Shown: positions 29,133 to 38,724, counted from the stretch's first letter. The stretch is 64,000 bases of DNA from Candidatus Hecatella orcuttiae (GCA_002011035.2 MTLY02000003.1:608001-672000); one strand, 5' to 3'. The notes: generated by a model not told the origin, from the sequence alone. Translations and numbers: made by a program.

Positions 29133-29771
29133 CTAGGCGGACTGTTCCTCTGTCTTCTCTCCCGCCGCATCAACGCCATGTCTTCTGAGGAGGGCTCTGG
29201 CTTTTTTCAGGTCGTCCACCGTGTCTACGTCCAAGAGCACTGTAGCTGTGTCTATCTCCACCTCTGCCACTTCTCCGCCATGTCTTTCCACCACTTCTCT
29301 GGCTCCCTTATCGCCGGTGACGGTTTGCACCTCGCCGAAAAGGCTTCGGGCTATGAGAACCGGGTTACCTCTCTTCCCCTGGTAGGTAGGGACAACAATA
29401 GGCGCTCCGGTCTGCCGGTAGGCTTCCATCAGCCTGTTGAGGACGGAAGCATCCACCAGAGGCTGGTCGGCTAGGATGAAGACCGCGGCCTCGCAAGCCC
29501 TGTCCACCGCTTTCAGCCCAGCTTTGAGAGAGCTACTCATCCCCCGGTCGAAGGCCTTGTTCACCACTACCTTCAACCTAGGGTCCGTGGGCAGCTTTTC
29601 AGCTACCTCCTCCGCTCGGAATCCCAAAACCACAACGACCTCCCCCACTTGGGAGGCTAGGACGTTTCCCACCGTCCACTCCACCATCGTCCGACCTCCC
29701 AGCTCAGCCAGCTGTTTGAAAGCTCCCATCCGAACCGAGCGGCCTGCCGCTAGGACGATTGCCGAAATCAA
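29133..29771 (-). CDS. mocA: Molybdenum cofactor cytidylyltransferase (MocA-like)
   Basis: LAAGRSVRMG..KQL, GMSSSLKAG, LADQP, RGNPVL, GDKGAR, DVDT; follows xdhC. Confidence 0.85.
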   Translation of the reverse strand: MISAIVLAAGRSVRMGAFKQLAELGGRTMVEWTVGNVLASQVGEVVVVLGFRAEEVAEKLPTDPRLKVVVNKAFDRGMSSSLKAGLKAVDRACEAAVFILADQPLVDASVLNRLMEAYRQTGAPIVVPTYQGKRGNPVLIARSLFGEVQTVTGDKGAREVVERHGGEVAEVEIDTATVLLDVDTVDDLKKARALLRRHGVDAAGEKTEEQSA

Positions 29772-29851
29772 TACGGCTCTCCTACGCTGCGGAGCGAACG
29801 CTTCTTCTTCCCGTTTTCAAAGAGAGGGAGGGAGAACTCCAGCGAGGTGGG

Positions 29852-30679
29852 TCAGGCTTTTGGGGGCTGTTGGGAGGCGGCTTCCAGCCTCTTCAGCTTC
29901 AACGGCCTGCCTGTTCCCCCTCTTTGCACGTGGACTATCTCAGCCATGATGCTGAGGGCTATCTCCTCCACCGTCTTGGCGCCTATGTCCAAGCCTATGG
30001 GCGCGTGCACCCGGGCTAGGGCTGCCTCGTCAGCGACGCCTTCCTCTCGAAGCATCTTGAAGATGGTGTTCACCCTGTTAAGACTTCCCACGAGACCGAT
30101 GTAAGCGGCTTGGGAGGGGAGAACCGCCCTCAAAGCCGGCTCGTCGTACTGATGCCGGGTTACCACGACCACGTAGGTTTGGGGGCCGACGGCCACTTGG
30201 GCTAGGCCTTCGTCCACGGGGGCTGCTATCACCCTGTCAGCTTCAGGGAACCTCTCCTTTCGAGCGAAGGGATCCACCACCACGACTTGAAAGCCTAGCA
30301 TGCGGCCCAGCCTGTGAAGGGGTTCTGCGATGTGGCCGCTGCCGATGATGAGGAGGGTCGGCGTAGGCTGGATGACCTCTACCATCACGTCCATGGTGCC
30401 TCCGCAGATCATACCTACGCCTCCGGCTTCTTCCTCGGTCAGTTTGAAGCTGGACAGCCGGCTTTTTCCATCCTTCAAGGCTTCTTGGGCTTCGGCTACC
30501 ACGGCGTTTTCGATGCAGCCTCCTCCGATGGTGCCGAAGCGGCTTCCATCCTCCCGAATTATCATCTTGGCCCCGACCCCCTGAGGGGTGGAGCCCTCCG
30601 CCTTGACCACGGTGGCTACGGCTATTTTCTCCCCTCGGGAGGTGAGTTCAGCTATCTTCTGGTAGACTTCCACGGACAT
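29852..30679 (-). CDS. xdhC: XdhC/CoxI family molybdoenzyme maturation factor
   Basis: GSTP..GAKM, GTIGGGCIE, GMICGG, GSGHIA, YIGLVGS, PIGLDIGA...EIALSI. Confidence 0.92.
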   Translation of the reverse strand: MSVEVYQKIAELTSRGEKIAVATVVKAEGSTPQGVGAKMIIREDGSRFGTIGGGCIENAVVAEAQEALKDGKSRLSSFKLTEEEAGGVGMICGGTMDVMVEVIQPTPTLLIIGSGHIAEPLHRLGRMLGFQVVVVDPFARKERFPEADRVIAAPVDEGLAQVAVGPQTYVVVVTRHQYDEPALRAVLPSQAAYIGLVGSLNRVNTIFKMLREEGVADEAALARVHAPIGLDIGAKTVEEIALSIMAEIVHVQRGGTGRPLKLKRLEAASQQPPKA

Positions 30680-30739
30680 CGGGGAGACCCTTTAAAAATC
30701 ATTCCGTCTTCAGGCTAAAAAAAGATTCCTTTTAGGCTG

Positions 30740-32005
30740 TCAAACTGCCTCCAAGCGGGCTAGGCCTGGGAGAAGATACACGTCCAACCATTCTCCTGCC
30801 TCCAAGGAGGTTTTGCTCCCTGAGACGAAGGCGTAGCCGTGGGAGGCCAGCACCGGGCTGATGAGAGAGGATTCCCCTCGAAGCGGCCGGGCGGCGAAGC
30901 CTGCCTCCTCCCTGGAAAGCTCCACGAAAAGCGCTCTCTTAAACTCGGTGGGCTTCCCCCAGTCAACCCGGCTGCTTAAACGAGCCTTGACAGTAGGCTT
31001 GTACTCGTCTATCTTGAGGCCCAGTTTGGCTAGGATGAGGGGGAGGAGCAGAAAGTGAAACCCGATGAGCGTCGACTGGATGAGCCCTGGCAGCAGGGCT
31101 ACAGGTTTACCGTGGACCAGCCCCAAAGAGCTGACAGCGCCAGGTTTTACCTTCAAACCGTAGACGAGGATGCCCGGCTTCCCCAGCCGGTTGACAGTTT
31201 CGACCACCAAGTCCGCTTCCCCCACCGACGAGCCTCCGATGGTCGCTGCCATGTCGTGGGAGGCCAAGGCCTCCTCCAGTCTTCTCCCGATCTCCTCTCC
31301 GTCGTCGGGGCATACGCCCAAGTAGCTGGGCGCTCCCCCTGCAGCCTCCACGAGCTTCTGGACGAGGATACTATGGCTGGCTGGGGTCTTGGAAGGATCT
31401 TCCTCTTCCAAGTCTCCCATGAGCTCGCTGCCCACCGAGAGAATGGCCACCTTGGGTTTCCGGTAGACTTTCACGGTTTTCATCCTGAACATAAAAAGCA
31501 AATCCAAGTCTTGCGCCAGCAGAATTCTCCCCCTCCTCAGGACGGTGGCTCCTCGAACCATGTCCTTCCCCGCTGCTGTGAGGTACTGTCCTTCTTCCAC
31601 CTTCCCCCTGACAGCGATTTCGCCTCCTTCTGCGAACTCCACGACTTCCAAGGGAATGATGGCGTCAGCTCCCTGGGGAAGAAGAGCCCCTGTGGGTACT
31701 CGGTAGGCTTCCTTCAAGCCTAGGGGCGGAGGGCTGAGGTTTTTCAGGTCTATCCTCCCCGCAACCTTCAACATCACAGGCTTCTCCTTGGAGGCTTCCT
31801 TCACATCGCTGCTTCTCACCGCGTAGCCGTCGAAGAAGGCCCTGTGCTTGGGGGGGATGTCCTCAGGGGAAACCACGTCCTCCGCCAGCACCCGCCCGTA
31901 GGCGTCGGCTAGGGCTACCTCTTCCACCTCAGGCTTCAGGCTGGGGATGGCGGCTATTTTCTCCAAGGCTTCCTCGGTGGTGGCGTGGTTGAAACGGCGC
32001 TTCAT
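30740..32005 (-). CDS. moeA: Molybdopterin Mo/W insertase MoeA
   Basis: GRVLAEDV, DGYAVRS, TGALLP.GADA, SVGSEL, GGSSVG..D, KPG. Confidence 0.88.
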   Translation of the reverse strand: MKRRFNHATTEEALEKIAAIPSLKPEVEEVALADAYGRVLAEDVVSPEDIPPKHRAFFDGYAVRSSDVKEASKEKPVMLKVAGRIDLKNLSPPPLGLKEAYRVPTGALLPQGADAIIPLEVVEFAEGGEIAVRGKVEEGQYLTAAGKDMVRGATVLRRGRILLAQDLDLLFMFRMKTVKVYRKPKVAILSVGSELMGDLEEEDPSKTPASHSILVQKLVEAAGGAPSYLGVCPDDGEEIGRRLEEALASHDMAATIGGSSVGEADLVVETVNRLGKPGILVYGLKVKPGAVSSLGLVHGKPVALLPGLIQSTLIGFHFLLLPLILAKLGLKIDEYKPTVKARLSSRVDWGKPTEFKRALFVELSREEAGFAARPLRGESSLISPVLASHGYAFVSGSKTSLEAGEWLDVYLLPGLARLEAV

Positions 32006-32129
32006 GTCCTTCTGCCCTTGAGTTAAGTCGGTGGTTAGTCAAATTAAATCTTCCCTCTCTGGGGGCCGCTGGGGCTCAGCCATATTTTTATCTCAGTAAT
32101 GCGTCCCTTTTTCAGGTCTGGTTTGGAGG

Positions 32130-32552
32130 TTGTCAGGGCAACAGCTTTCCGAGAGCATCGAAGACTACTTGGAGGCCCTCTGGATCTCCGAGGAAGAGGG
32201 CGCCAGCTTGGCGAAGATCAGCTGGATCGCCAGGCATTTGGATGTTTCCTCGCCCAGCGTCGTGGAGATGCTGAAGAAGCTGGAGAAGCAGGGCCTCGTC
32301 GTCTACGAGCCTAGGGACGGTGTTAGGCTGACGGAGACGGGTAAAAAGAAGGCTGAGCAGATCATCCGAAGCCACAGGCTGGCTGAGCTTCTCCTCACAG
32401 ACATCCTCAAGATGAAGCTGGATATGAAAACAGCCTGCGGGCTTGAGCATCATCTCTCCGAAGACGTGGCCGACGCCGTGTGCACCTACCTCAACCATCC
32501 CCGCCTCTGCCCTCATGGAAACAAAATCCCCAAAGGAAACTGCTGTCCCTAA
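32130..32552 (+). CDS. DtxR/MntR family metal-dependent transcriptional regulator
   Basis: EDYLEA, PSVVEMLKKL, HRLAELLL, LEHH, CPHGNKIP. Confidence 0.92.
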   Translation: MSGQQLSESIEDYLEALWISEEEGASLAKISWIARHLDVSSPSVVEMLKKLEKQGLVVYEPRDGVRLTETGKKKAEQIIRSHRLAELLLTDILKMKLDMKTACGLEHHLSEDVADAVCTYLNHPRLCPHGNKIPKGNCCP

Positions 32553-32609
32553 GGTTTGGGAGCCCCGGTTTTTTGGCGTGGAGGAAGCAGCCTCTAAGGG
32601 AGCGAGCCG

Positions 32610-33701
32610 TTGGTTAGAGTTGCAGGTATAGACCCGGGAACTGGAAGCTACGACCTCTGCGGGCTGGCCGACGGAGAGCTCATCCTCGACGAAAGCATCC
32701 CCACCGAGGAAGTAGCCGGCAACCCGAGTCTGCTGCTGGAAGCCTTGAAGGCAGTGGAGCCGCTGGACTTGGTGGTAGGCCCCTCAGGCCACGGCCTCCC
32801 CCTCATCCCCCTTAACCAAGTGGGCCGCCGGGAATACGCCCTTCTAGCCCTCCTCAGGCGGGATGAATGGGGCCTCCGCCCTCACCTAGGGCTTCGGAAA
32901 GTTTTGCGGGAACTGCGGAAATCCCGGTTCAGGGTGATGCTCATCCCCGGGGTTAAACATCTTCCTACGGTTCCGGCTTTCAGAAAAGTTAACAGGATCG
33001 ACCTGGGAACCGCTGACAAGCTCTGCTGCGTTGCCTTGGCCATCGTCGACCAAGCCCGCCGGCTGGGCTGTGGCTACGCGGAGACCTCCTTCATCCTCGT
33101 GGAGTTGGGCGGAGGTTTCAACGCCTACCTGGCTGTGGACGGGGGGAAAATTGTCGACGGCCTTGGGGGTACCTCCGGATGGCTGGGCTTTCTCTCCCCC
33201 GGCCACTTAGATGGGGAGCTGGCCTACCTCCTCGAGGGGTTTAGGAAAACCCTCCTAAGCCGGGGAGGCGCCGCGCACGTTGCCGGATTGAAGCAGCTCA
33301 GCCTCCAGGAATTCGCTGAGAAGCTGGCTTCGGGGGACGGTCGATGCCGCTTGGCTTGGGAAGCCTACTTGGAGGGTGTGGAGAAAGGAGTCTCGGTGAT
33401 GAAGGTCTCCCTGCCAAGGCCGAGGGAAATTCTGCTCTCAGGCCGGGTGGTGAGGATGGACGCCCTGTGGAGGGATGTCCAACGCCGGCTGGCCTCGCGG
33501 GGAAAACTCAGAAAGCTTGGGGGGTTTGCCAAAAAAGCCAAGGAAGCCGCGCAGGGAGCCGCCCTCCTAGCCGACGGCTTGGCGGGAGGAACCCACAGGA
33601 GGCTGGTGGAGTGTTTGAAGCTCAGGGAGGCAGCGGGGACGGTTGTGGACCACATATACCTGGAAGGCTTCGACACGGTGAGGAGAAGCATCCTAGGTTA
33701 G
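32610..33701 (+). CDS. DUF1464 family ASKHA-fold (butyrate-kinase-like) protein
   Basis: GIDPGTGSYD, GPSGHG, PGVKHLPTVP..RK.NRIDLGTADK, VDGLGGT, AKEAAQGAA. Confidence 0.8.
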   Translation: MVRVAGIDPGTGSYDLCGLADGELILDESIPTEEVAGNPSLLLEALKAVEPLDLVVGPSGHGLPLIPLNQVGRREYALLALLRRDEWGLRPHLGLRKVLRELRKSRFRVMLIPGVKHLPTVPAFRKVNRIDLGTADKLCCVALAIVDQARRLGCGYAETSFILVELGGGFNAYLAVDGGKIVDGLGGTSGWLGFLSPGHLDGELAYLLEGFRKTLLSRGGAAHVAGLKQLSLQEFAEKLASGDGRCRLAWEAYLEGVEKGVSVMKVSLPRPREILLSGRVVRMDALWRDVQRRLASRGKLRKLGGFAKKAKEAAQGAALLADGLAGGTHRRLVECLKLREAAGTVVDHIYLEGFDTVRRSILG

Positions 33702-33705
33702 CAGC

Positions 33706-34359
33706 TTAAAGGCTCGCTCCGTGTCCTCGAAGGACTTCTACAAGCTCCTCCATGAGCTTCTCTTTATCGGTCTTGGGAGCGGTTCTCCCCACCAGCTGCC
33801 GGTAGTGGGCGATGAGGGCCAGCAGCCTTCCCGCTTTCGTCTTCTTTCCCGTCTTCAGAAGGAAGGCCACCCTGGTGGCGTGGATGATGCTTTCGATGAG
33901 GGCGAAGGTCGCCCGGCAGTAGGCTTTAGGGCCTGAGGTCAGAGTTCGAACTTTCTCCACTCTGCAAAAGACAGAGGCTCTCTCCCGGTTTTCTCCCTGA
34001 ATGTCGACGACGGAGGCCTCCAAGTAGGCGTCAGAGTCCCTCAGCCGCGGGGCGTTCACCTTCTCCGCTTTCTCAAACCACTCCGGGGGGATGCTGATGC
34101 TGGGTTTTTCTCCTTTGAAGGCGGTGTGGAAGAAGATGCGGGGGTCGGCTGTCAGGTTGACGACGCAGTGGCGGCGGCTTCGGAGGTTTCTGAAGGTCTG
34201 GGTGTCGGTGAACGGTCTGATGACCAGTTTCCCCCCCTCATCCAAGGTGACGCCCATGGGCGCGGCGGCGGGCTGCCGGTTGGGGTTGTAGGTGGAAACC
34301 ACCGTCTCCACAATGAGGCCGGGGGCGAAGCCCAGCCTCAGAAGCCGTTTTTCCATCAT
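33706..34359 (-). CDS. DUF447 family FMN-binding split-barrel protein
   Basis: ETVVST...AAPMGV...PF...TFRNL...VVNL...IESIIHATR. Confidence 0.82.
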   Translation of the reverse strand: MMEKRLLRLGFAPGLIVETVVSTYNPNRQPAAAPMGVTLDEGGKLVIRPFTDTQTFRNLRSRRHCVVNLTADPRIFFHTAFKGEKPSISIPPEWFEKAEKVNAPRLRDSDAYLEASVVDIQGENRERASVFCRVEKVRTLTSGPKAYCRATFALIESIIHATRVAFLLKTGKKTKAGRLLALIAHYRQLVGRTAPKTDKEKLMEELVEVLRGHGASL

Positions 34360-34596
34360 GGATTTACATGGGGGCCTGTGGAATTTAAAGCCCCCTCCGC
34401 CTAGGAGCCGCCAAAACCTACCATCCCCCTGGGGGAATGCGTTTTCCGCTTTCCTGCGCTTCGGTTACAACGGTGAGATATGGTAGTATGTTTTCCCACC
34501 TTTTTTTTTTCAGCAGGTTTATTTCGGTTCGCAGGGATGTTCCCTTAAGGTTTCCTCCGGAGGCAGAAGCCCCGAAGCCTTGGGTGTCTCCGACAC

Positions 34597-35349
34597 ATGG
34601 ACTACCGCCGCTGGTATCCTCGGTATCGCCGCATAGCCCAAGCCCTGGGTCTAAGTGAAACCCACGACCAGCAGGCAACCGGCCTCCTCGCCAGCCTCAT
34701 CCGGGGGAGAGCTCTACGCCCCGAGGCTGTGCGCCGGAGGATGGCAGGCCGGAGGGTGGTGGTGCTGGGGGCGGGGCCTTCTCTGAAACTCGACTTGGAG
34801 AGGCTGCGGGAAGCCGGCCTTCACAGGAGTAGCTTCCTCGTTTCAGCGGACGGAGCGACCACGGCTCTGCTTGAAGCCGGCTTCACTCCTTCCTTGGTGG
34901 TCACCGACTTGGATGGGAGGCTGGAGGACATAGCGGAGGCTGGGAGGCACGGCGCCCTTTTGACGGTTCACGGCCACGGTGACAACATACCTGCTTTGAA
35001 GAGCTGGGTGCCTAGGATTGAAGGCCTCATCCTCGGAACCACCCAAGTTAAGCCGGAGGGGGAAGTCTACAACTTCGGAGGCTTCACCGACGGGGACCGA
35101 GGAGTCTTCCTAGCGGAGGAGATGGGCGCTAGGGAGATCATCCTAGCCGGCATGGACTTGGGAGAGCGGGTTGGAAGGTTTTCGAAGCCAAGCCTTGCCT
35201 CCGACGTGCCTGCCTCCCTGGTTAAAAGGTTGAAACTTCGAATAGCCAAGGAACTTCTGGAGTGGCTCTCCACCTGGGCTGAGGCTGAGCTTTGGAACTT
35301 CACCTCCGGGGGGGAGGACATCCGCGGGTTTCCTAGGCTGAAAAGCTAA
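34597..35349 (+). CDS. mptE: 6-hydroxymethyl-7,8-dihydropterin pyrophosphokinase MptE (DUF115)
   Basis: GAGPSL, ADGAT, VVTDLDG, VHGHGDN, TTQ, NFGGFTDGDR, GMD. Confidence 0.88.
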   Translation: MDYRRWYPRYRRIAQALGLSETHDQQATGLLASLIRGRALRPEAVRRRMAGRRVVVLGAGPSLKLDLERLREAGLHRSSFLVSADGATTALLEAGFTPSLVVTDLDGRLEDIAEAGRHGALLTVHGHGDNIPALKSWVPRIEGLILGTTQVKPEGEVYNFGGFTDGDRGVFLAEEMGAREIILAGMDLGERVGRFSKPSLASDVPASLVKRLKLRIAKELLEWLSTWAEAELWNFTSGGEDIRGFPRLKS

Positions 35350-35459
35350 AGCCCTCCCGGATGAGGCGGTGCTCCGGTGGCCCATAGTCTCAGCGGAATC
35401 CTCTTCTTCTAAGGTAACTGTTAAAGCTTGGGAGCCCCATAAAAATTAACGGTGAAACC

Positions 35460-35717
35460 ATGGAAGGAGAATGGCGTGAAGTAGGCCGGGTGGTTCATTA
35501 TTATCCGAAGATCGGAGTGGCCGTCGTCGAGCTGACGGGGGAACTCCGCGTGGGGGACAGGATCGCCTTCAAAGGCAGCACCACCAACTTCGAGCAGCCT
35601 GTGGAATCCATGCAGATAGAGCACAAGGACGTGCAGACGGCCCAAGCAGGCCAGTCCATAGGGCTTAAGGTGAAAGAAAGAGTCAGAGAACGCGACCTCG
35701 TCTACAAGCTGGCTTAA
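35460..35717 (+). CDS. Small stand-alone translation-factor domain II-like beta-barrel protein
   Basis: VGRVVHYYPKIGVA...VGD.I...Q.VESMQIEH..V..A..GQ.IGLKV...VR..D.VYK. Confidence 0.78.
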   Translation: MEGEWREVGRVVHYYPKIGVAVVELTGELRVGDRIAFKGSTTNFEQPVESMQIEHKDVQTAQAGQSIGLKVKERVRERDLVYKLA

Positions 35718-35748
35718 CACCCTCCAGCCGGGGATTCCCAGCGCCTTT

Positions 35749-38136
35749 TCAGCCCTCGGGGAAGAGGGTTACCTGACCTTTCTTCTTCACCGCTCCAGCC
35801 TCTCCACCCTTCAACTGGTCTTCGGTGATGTTGAAAATTTGGAGAACCCTCAACGTAGCGGGAACTATCTGGTTGTCCACGTAGTAGTCCACGTCCAACC
35901 GGTCCGGTTCGGCTAGGAAGTAGGGAACCGCCCTCTGGTAGAGTTTCCCCTCCCCCCGGACGATGAGGTAGCCGACTTTGTCCCCGTAGGTCAACTTCCA
36001 ACCCTTCTCCCTGAGCTTTTTCGCCGCTTCCACGTGAGGAGCCCTCACCTGGTATTCCTCCAAAGGCTTGGTGATGGTCTTCCAGATGATGAGGTCCTCC
36101 ACGTTGAAGACTCCCCGCTTGAAGTCGAAGATGCGGCTGCGCACATATTCCACCGCCTTCTCCGGAAGCTCCTCCTTCAAGAGGATTTCCACCACTTTTT
36201 CCTGCACCTGCTTGGAGGCTTCACACCAGTCCCCCCGGGCTACCTCCAAACCCACGATGTCAACCCTCCCATCGGAGAGGAGCCCCGCGTACCTCTTCTT
36301 AGCCTCGGTGAACAGGACCCGCCGGTAGATGACGGAAGGCCTGATCTCCAAGCCGATTTCCCGGTTTACCCATTCCAGAAACTTCTTCACCTTGGCTTCC
36401 TCGTATTTCACGAAGACGCTGTCGGTGTCACCGTAGACGACCTCCAGCCCATGCTTCCTCGCCGCGGCGATGGTGTCTTGGATGGTCTTCCTCCCCAAGG
36501 CCGCTGTGGCTTCGGCTACTTGGCTCAGGAACCAGCGGGCGCCCCTCCAGCCGCAGTAGCCGTAGACAGCGTTGGTCACCACCTTGACGCTCTTCTGCCG
36601 GGCGTCCAGCAGCTTGTAGTTGAAGCTTCGGGGGTTCAACCCCTCCATCTTGCCGCGGATGTCCGCCCGGGCCTTCATCAGCTCCTCCAACACCTGCTTG
36701 TAGAACCCCGGGGGCTCCCTTCGAAACCGGTGGCCCACCTCAGGGGTGACGTAGGCTCCCCCGGGAGGCTCGGGCTCTTCGGGGTCTAGGTAGGTGTCTG
36801 GGGAGAGGTTGTACTTGATCATCAGATTGGGGTACATGGCTGAGAAGTCGAACACTGCTATGTCCCTGTGAAGCCCGGGCTCCGGCTCCAGCACGGCGCC
36901 TCCCTTGTAGGGGTAGTAGGGCTGCTCAACCCTCTTGGGAATCAGTTCTCCGAGGGTCAGGGCCTTCCGGGCCAGATACCAGTCTACTCTGAACCCCACC
37001 GCCGCGGAGCCCACGTGGTCCGCGGGAAGCCCTATGAGGTTGGAGAGCTGGAAGGCGAAGGGAAGCATCGCCTCCGAAAGACCCATCACCAGCCGGGTGT
37101 TCTGGACGCAGGCCTCCACCAGTCCCCTCCTTTTCTCCCGGTCTTTCCAGAGTTTACTGATCTCCGTCTCCGGGAGGTGGGGGGCCTTTTCAGAGCCCTC
37201 TACGCCCAGAAACCTAGCCACATTCGCGAGGGTTTTGACCTTCACTTCCGGTATGTCTTGGGCGAAGTCTTGGAGGTCCACGTTCGCCCGGCCGACGACG
37301 GACACGTGGCCGTAGAGGCTGGTGTGAGGTTCTCCTCCTGTCCTGTCCAAAGCCAGCTTGACTCCGTGTTTCCCGCATCGGTGGAGCAGATAAGGGAAGT
37401 CCAGCCTGTTGGAGCCGTAGCCCACCAGCACGTCGGGGTCGTAGGCTTGAACATGCTGGACGAAGGATTTCAGGAGGGCTCCGTCGTCGAATTCCTCCAC
37501 CTGAAAGGTTTTCACCGCTCCCTCACCGGTGAGGGTGGAAAGCACCAGCACAGGGTCTCTTTCAGGGTTGGGGGACCCTATCTCCGAGTGGTACACTGCT
37601 GAAAAGGCCAAAACCCTAAGCTTCGGAATGTCCAGCCTCTCCAGCATCCGCGGCTGCGACTTGGCCGAGTAGGCGGCTTTCACCTTGACTCCAGGAGGAG
37701 GGGTGATCTTCTCCCCGTCCACGCTCAGCCAGCCGCAGGGCTTGAGGTCTCCGTGGAGAAGATACTGGGATGAAACCCTGAAGTCGTCGTGGAGAACGTC
37801 CTTCACCAAGGGGTTTTTGGCCAAGACCTTAGGGTATTTTTCTAACGCTTCCTGGCCTACGACCTCAACCCTCACAGCCTTAAGCTCTCTGCCGAAGTAT
37901 TTTTTTCTCTCCACTTCCACGGCGACGAGGTCGGAGGCCTTGATGTTTTTCCTCGCCGCCTCGGCCACTTTCTCTGCGTCCTCCTCTCGATGGGGGAGAA
38001 GGTAGAAGGAGGGGTTGAAGCCTCTGTCCGCCACCAGAACCCGGTTTCCCGCTTCGTCCACCCCCCACATCCTCACTTCGGAGCCGCCGTCGACTGTCTC
38101 GTGGTTTACGTCCAGCAGCCAAAAAGAAACCTTCAC
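35749..38136 (-). CDS. polB: Family B DNA polymerase (PolB3-like) with degenerate 3'-5' exonuclease motifs
   Basis: Polymerase motifs DFSAMYP, KxxxNxxYGY, YGDTDS, KKRY, GLEVARGDW are intact; Exo motifs are altered. Confidence 0.95.
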   Translation of the reverse strand: MKVSFWLLDVNHETVDGGSEVRMWGVDEAGNRVLVADRGFNPSFYLLPHREEDAEKVAEAARKNIKASDLVAVEVERKKYFGRELKAVRVEVVGQEALEKYPKVLAKNPLVKDVLHDDFRVSSQYLLHGDLKPCGWLSVDGEKITPPPGVKVKAAYSAKSQPRMLERLDIPKLRVLAFSAVYHSEIGSPNPERDPVLVLSTLTGEGAVKTFQVEEFDDGALLKSFVQHVQAYDPDVLVGYGSNRLDFPYLLHRCGKHGVKLALDRTGGEPHTSLYGHVSVVGRANVDLQDFAQDIPEVKVKTLANVARFLGVEGSEKAPHLPETEISKLWKDREKRRGLVEACVQNTRLVMGLSEAMLPFAFQLSNLIGLPADHVGSAAVGFRVDWYLARKALTLGELIPKRVEQPYYPYKGGAVLEPEPGLHRDIAVFDFSAMYPNLMIKYNLSPDTYLDPEEPEPPGGAYVTPEVGHRFRREPPGFYKQVLEELMKARADIRGKMEGLNPRSFNYKLLDARQKSVKVVTNAVYGYCGWRGARWFLSQVAEATAALGRKTIQDTIAAARKHGLEVVYGDTDSVFVKYEEAKVKKFLEWVNREIGLEIRPSVIYRRVLFTEAKKRYAGLLSDGRVDIVGLEVARGDWCEASKQVQEKVVEILLKEELPEKAVEYVRSRIFDFKRGVFNVEDLIIWKTITKPLEEYQVRAPHVEAAKKLREKGWKLTYGDKVGYLIVRGEGKLYQRAVPYFLAEPDRLDVDYYVDNQIVPATLRVLQIFNITEDQLKGGEAGAVKKKGQVTLFPEG

Positions 38137-38174
38137 GCCTCAGCCACCCGGAGGGAAGAATGAGGCCTCGAGAA

Positions 38175-38654
38175 CTATAAGTTTTCTGTGGCGGAAGGTG
38201 GCTTGAGGCGCAGGGACATCACCAGGGCGTTTTCCCCGTCCTCGTAGTATTTTTGAAGGATTTTCCTAGGCTGGAAGCCTAGGGACTTGTAGAGGCGGAT
38301 GGCAGCCTTGTTGCTTTCTCTAACCTCCAGCAAGACCTCGTCGACATCCTTGTTTTTGAGGGTTTTCACCAACTCCGCCATCAGCCTCCACGCTACCCCC
38401 CGCCGCCTGTAGTGGGGGTGAACGGCTACGGAGACCAGCCGGGCTGTGTGTCTTCTCTCGACGATGGACGACACGTAGCCTATTATCCTCCCTTCCCAAA
38501 CAGCCACTAGGAAGCCTTCAGGGCTGAGGGTCATCAGGTTTTCTAGGAGACTCCTAGGGTAGGCGTCTTTAAAGGAGGCTTTCTCTATTTCCACAATCCG
38601 CCCTATGTCCTCCGCCCGCACCGGCCTAACTTCGACGCTCGGCATGGCTTCCAC
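38175..38654 (-). CDS. rimI: RimI/Ard1-like N-acetyltransferase (GNAT)
   Basis: IEKASF, SVAVHP.YRRRGVA, LEVRESN..AI.LY...GF, YYEDGENA. Confidence 0.9.
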   Translation of the reverse strand: MEAMPSVEVRPVRAEDIGRIVEIEKASFKDAYPRSLLENLMTLSPEGFLVAVWEGRIIGYVSSIVERRHTARLVSVAVHPHYRRRGVAWRLMAELVKTLKNKDVDEVLLEVRESNKAAIRLYKSLGFQPRKILQKYYEDGENALVMSLRLKPPSATENL

Positions 38655-38724
38655 GGGCCTTGAAAGGCAACGTACATATATGAAGGTCTGAAGCTTTTAT
38701 TTCCTCTACCCTGAGGCAGCCTCC

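Noticed and set aside
34360-34596. Intergenic region with a T10 run and short ORFs (34418-34678, 34437-34658)
   Set aside because: Best explained as the divergent promoter region of DUF447 and mptE; the ORFs lack coding features.
10576-38136. Inteins in AtpA, MCM, Lhr or PolB
   Set aside because: All have normal lengths and uninterrupted motifs at the usual insertion sites.
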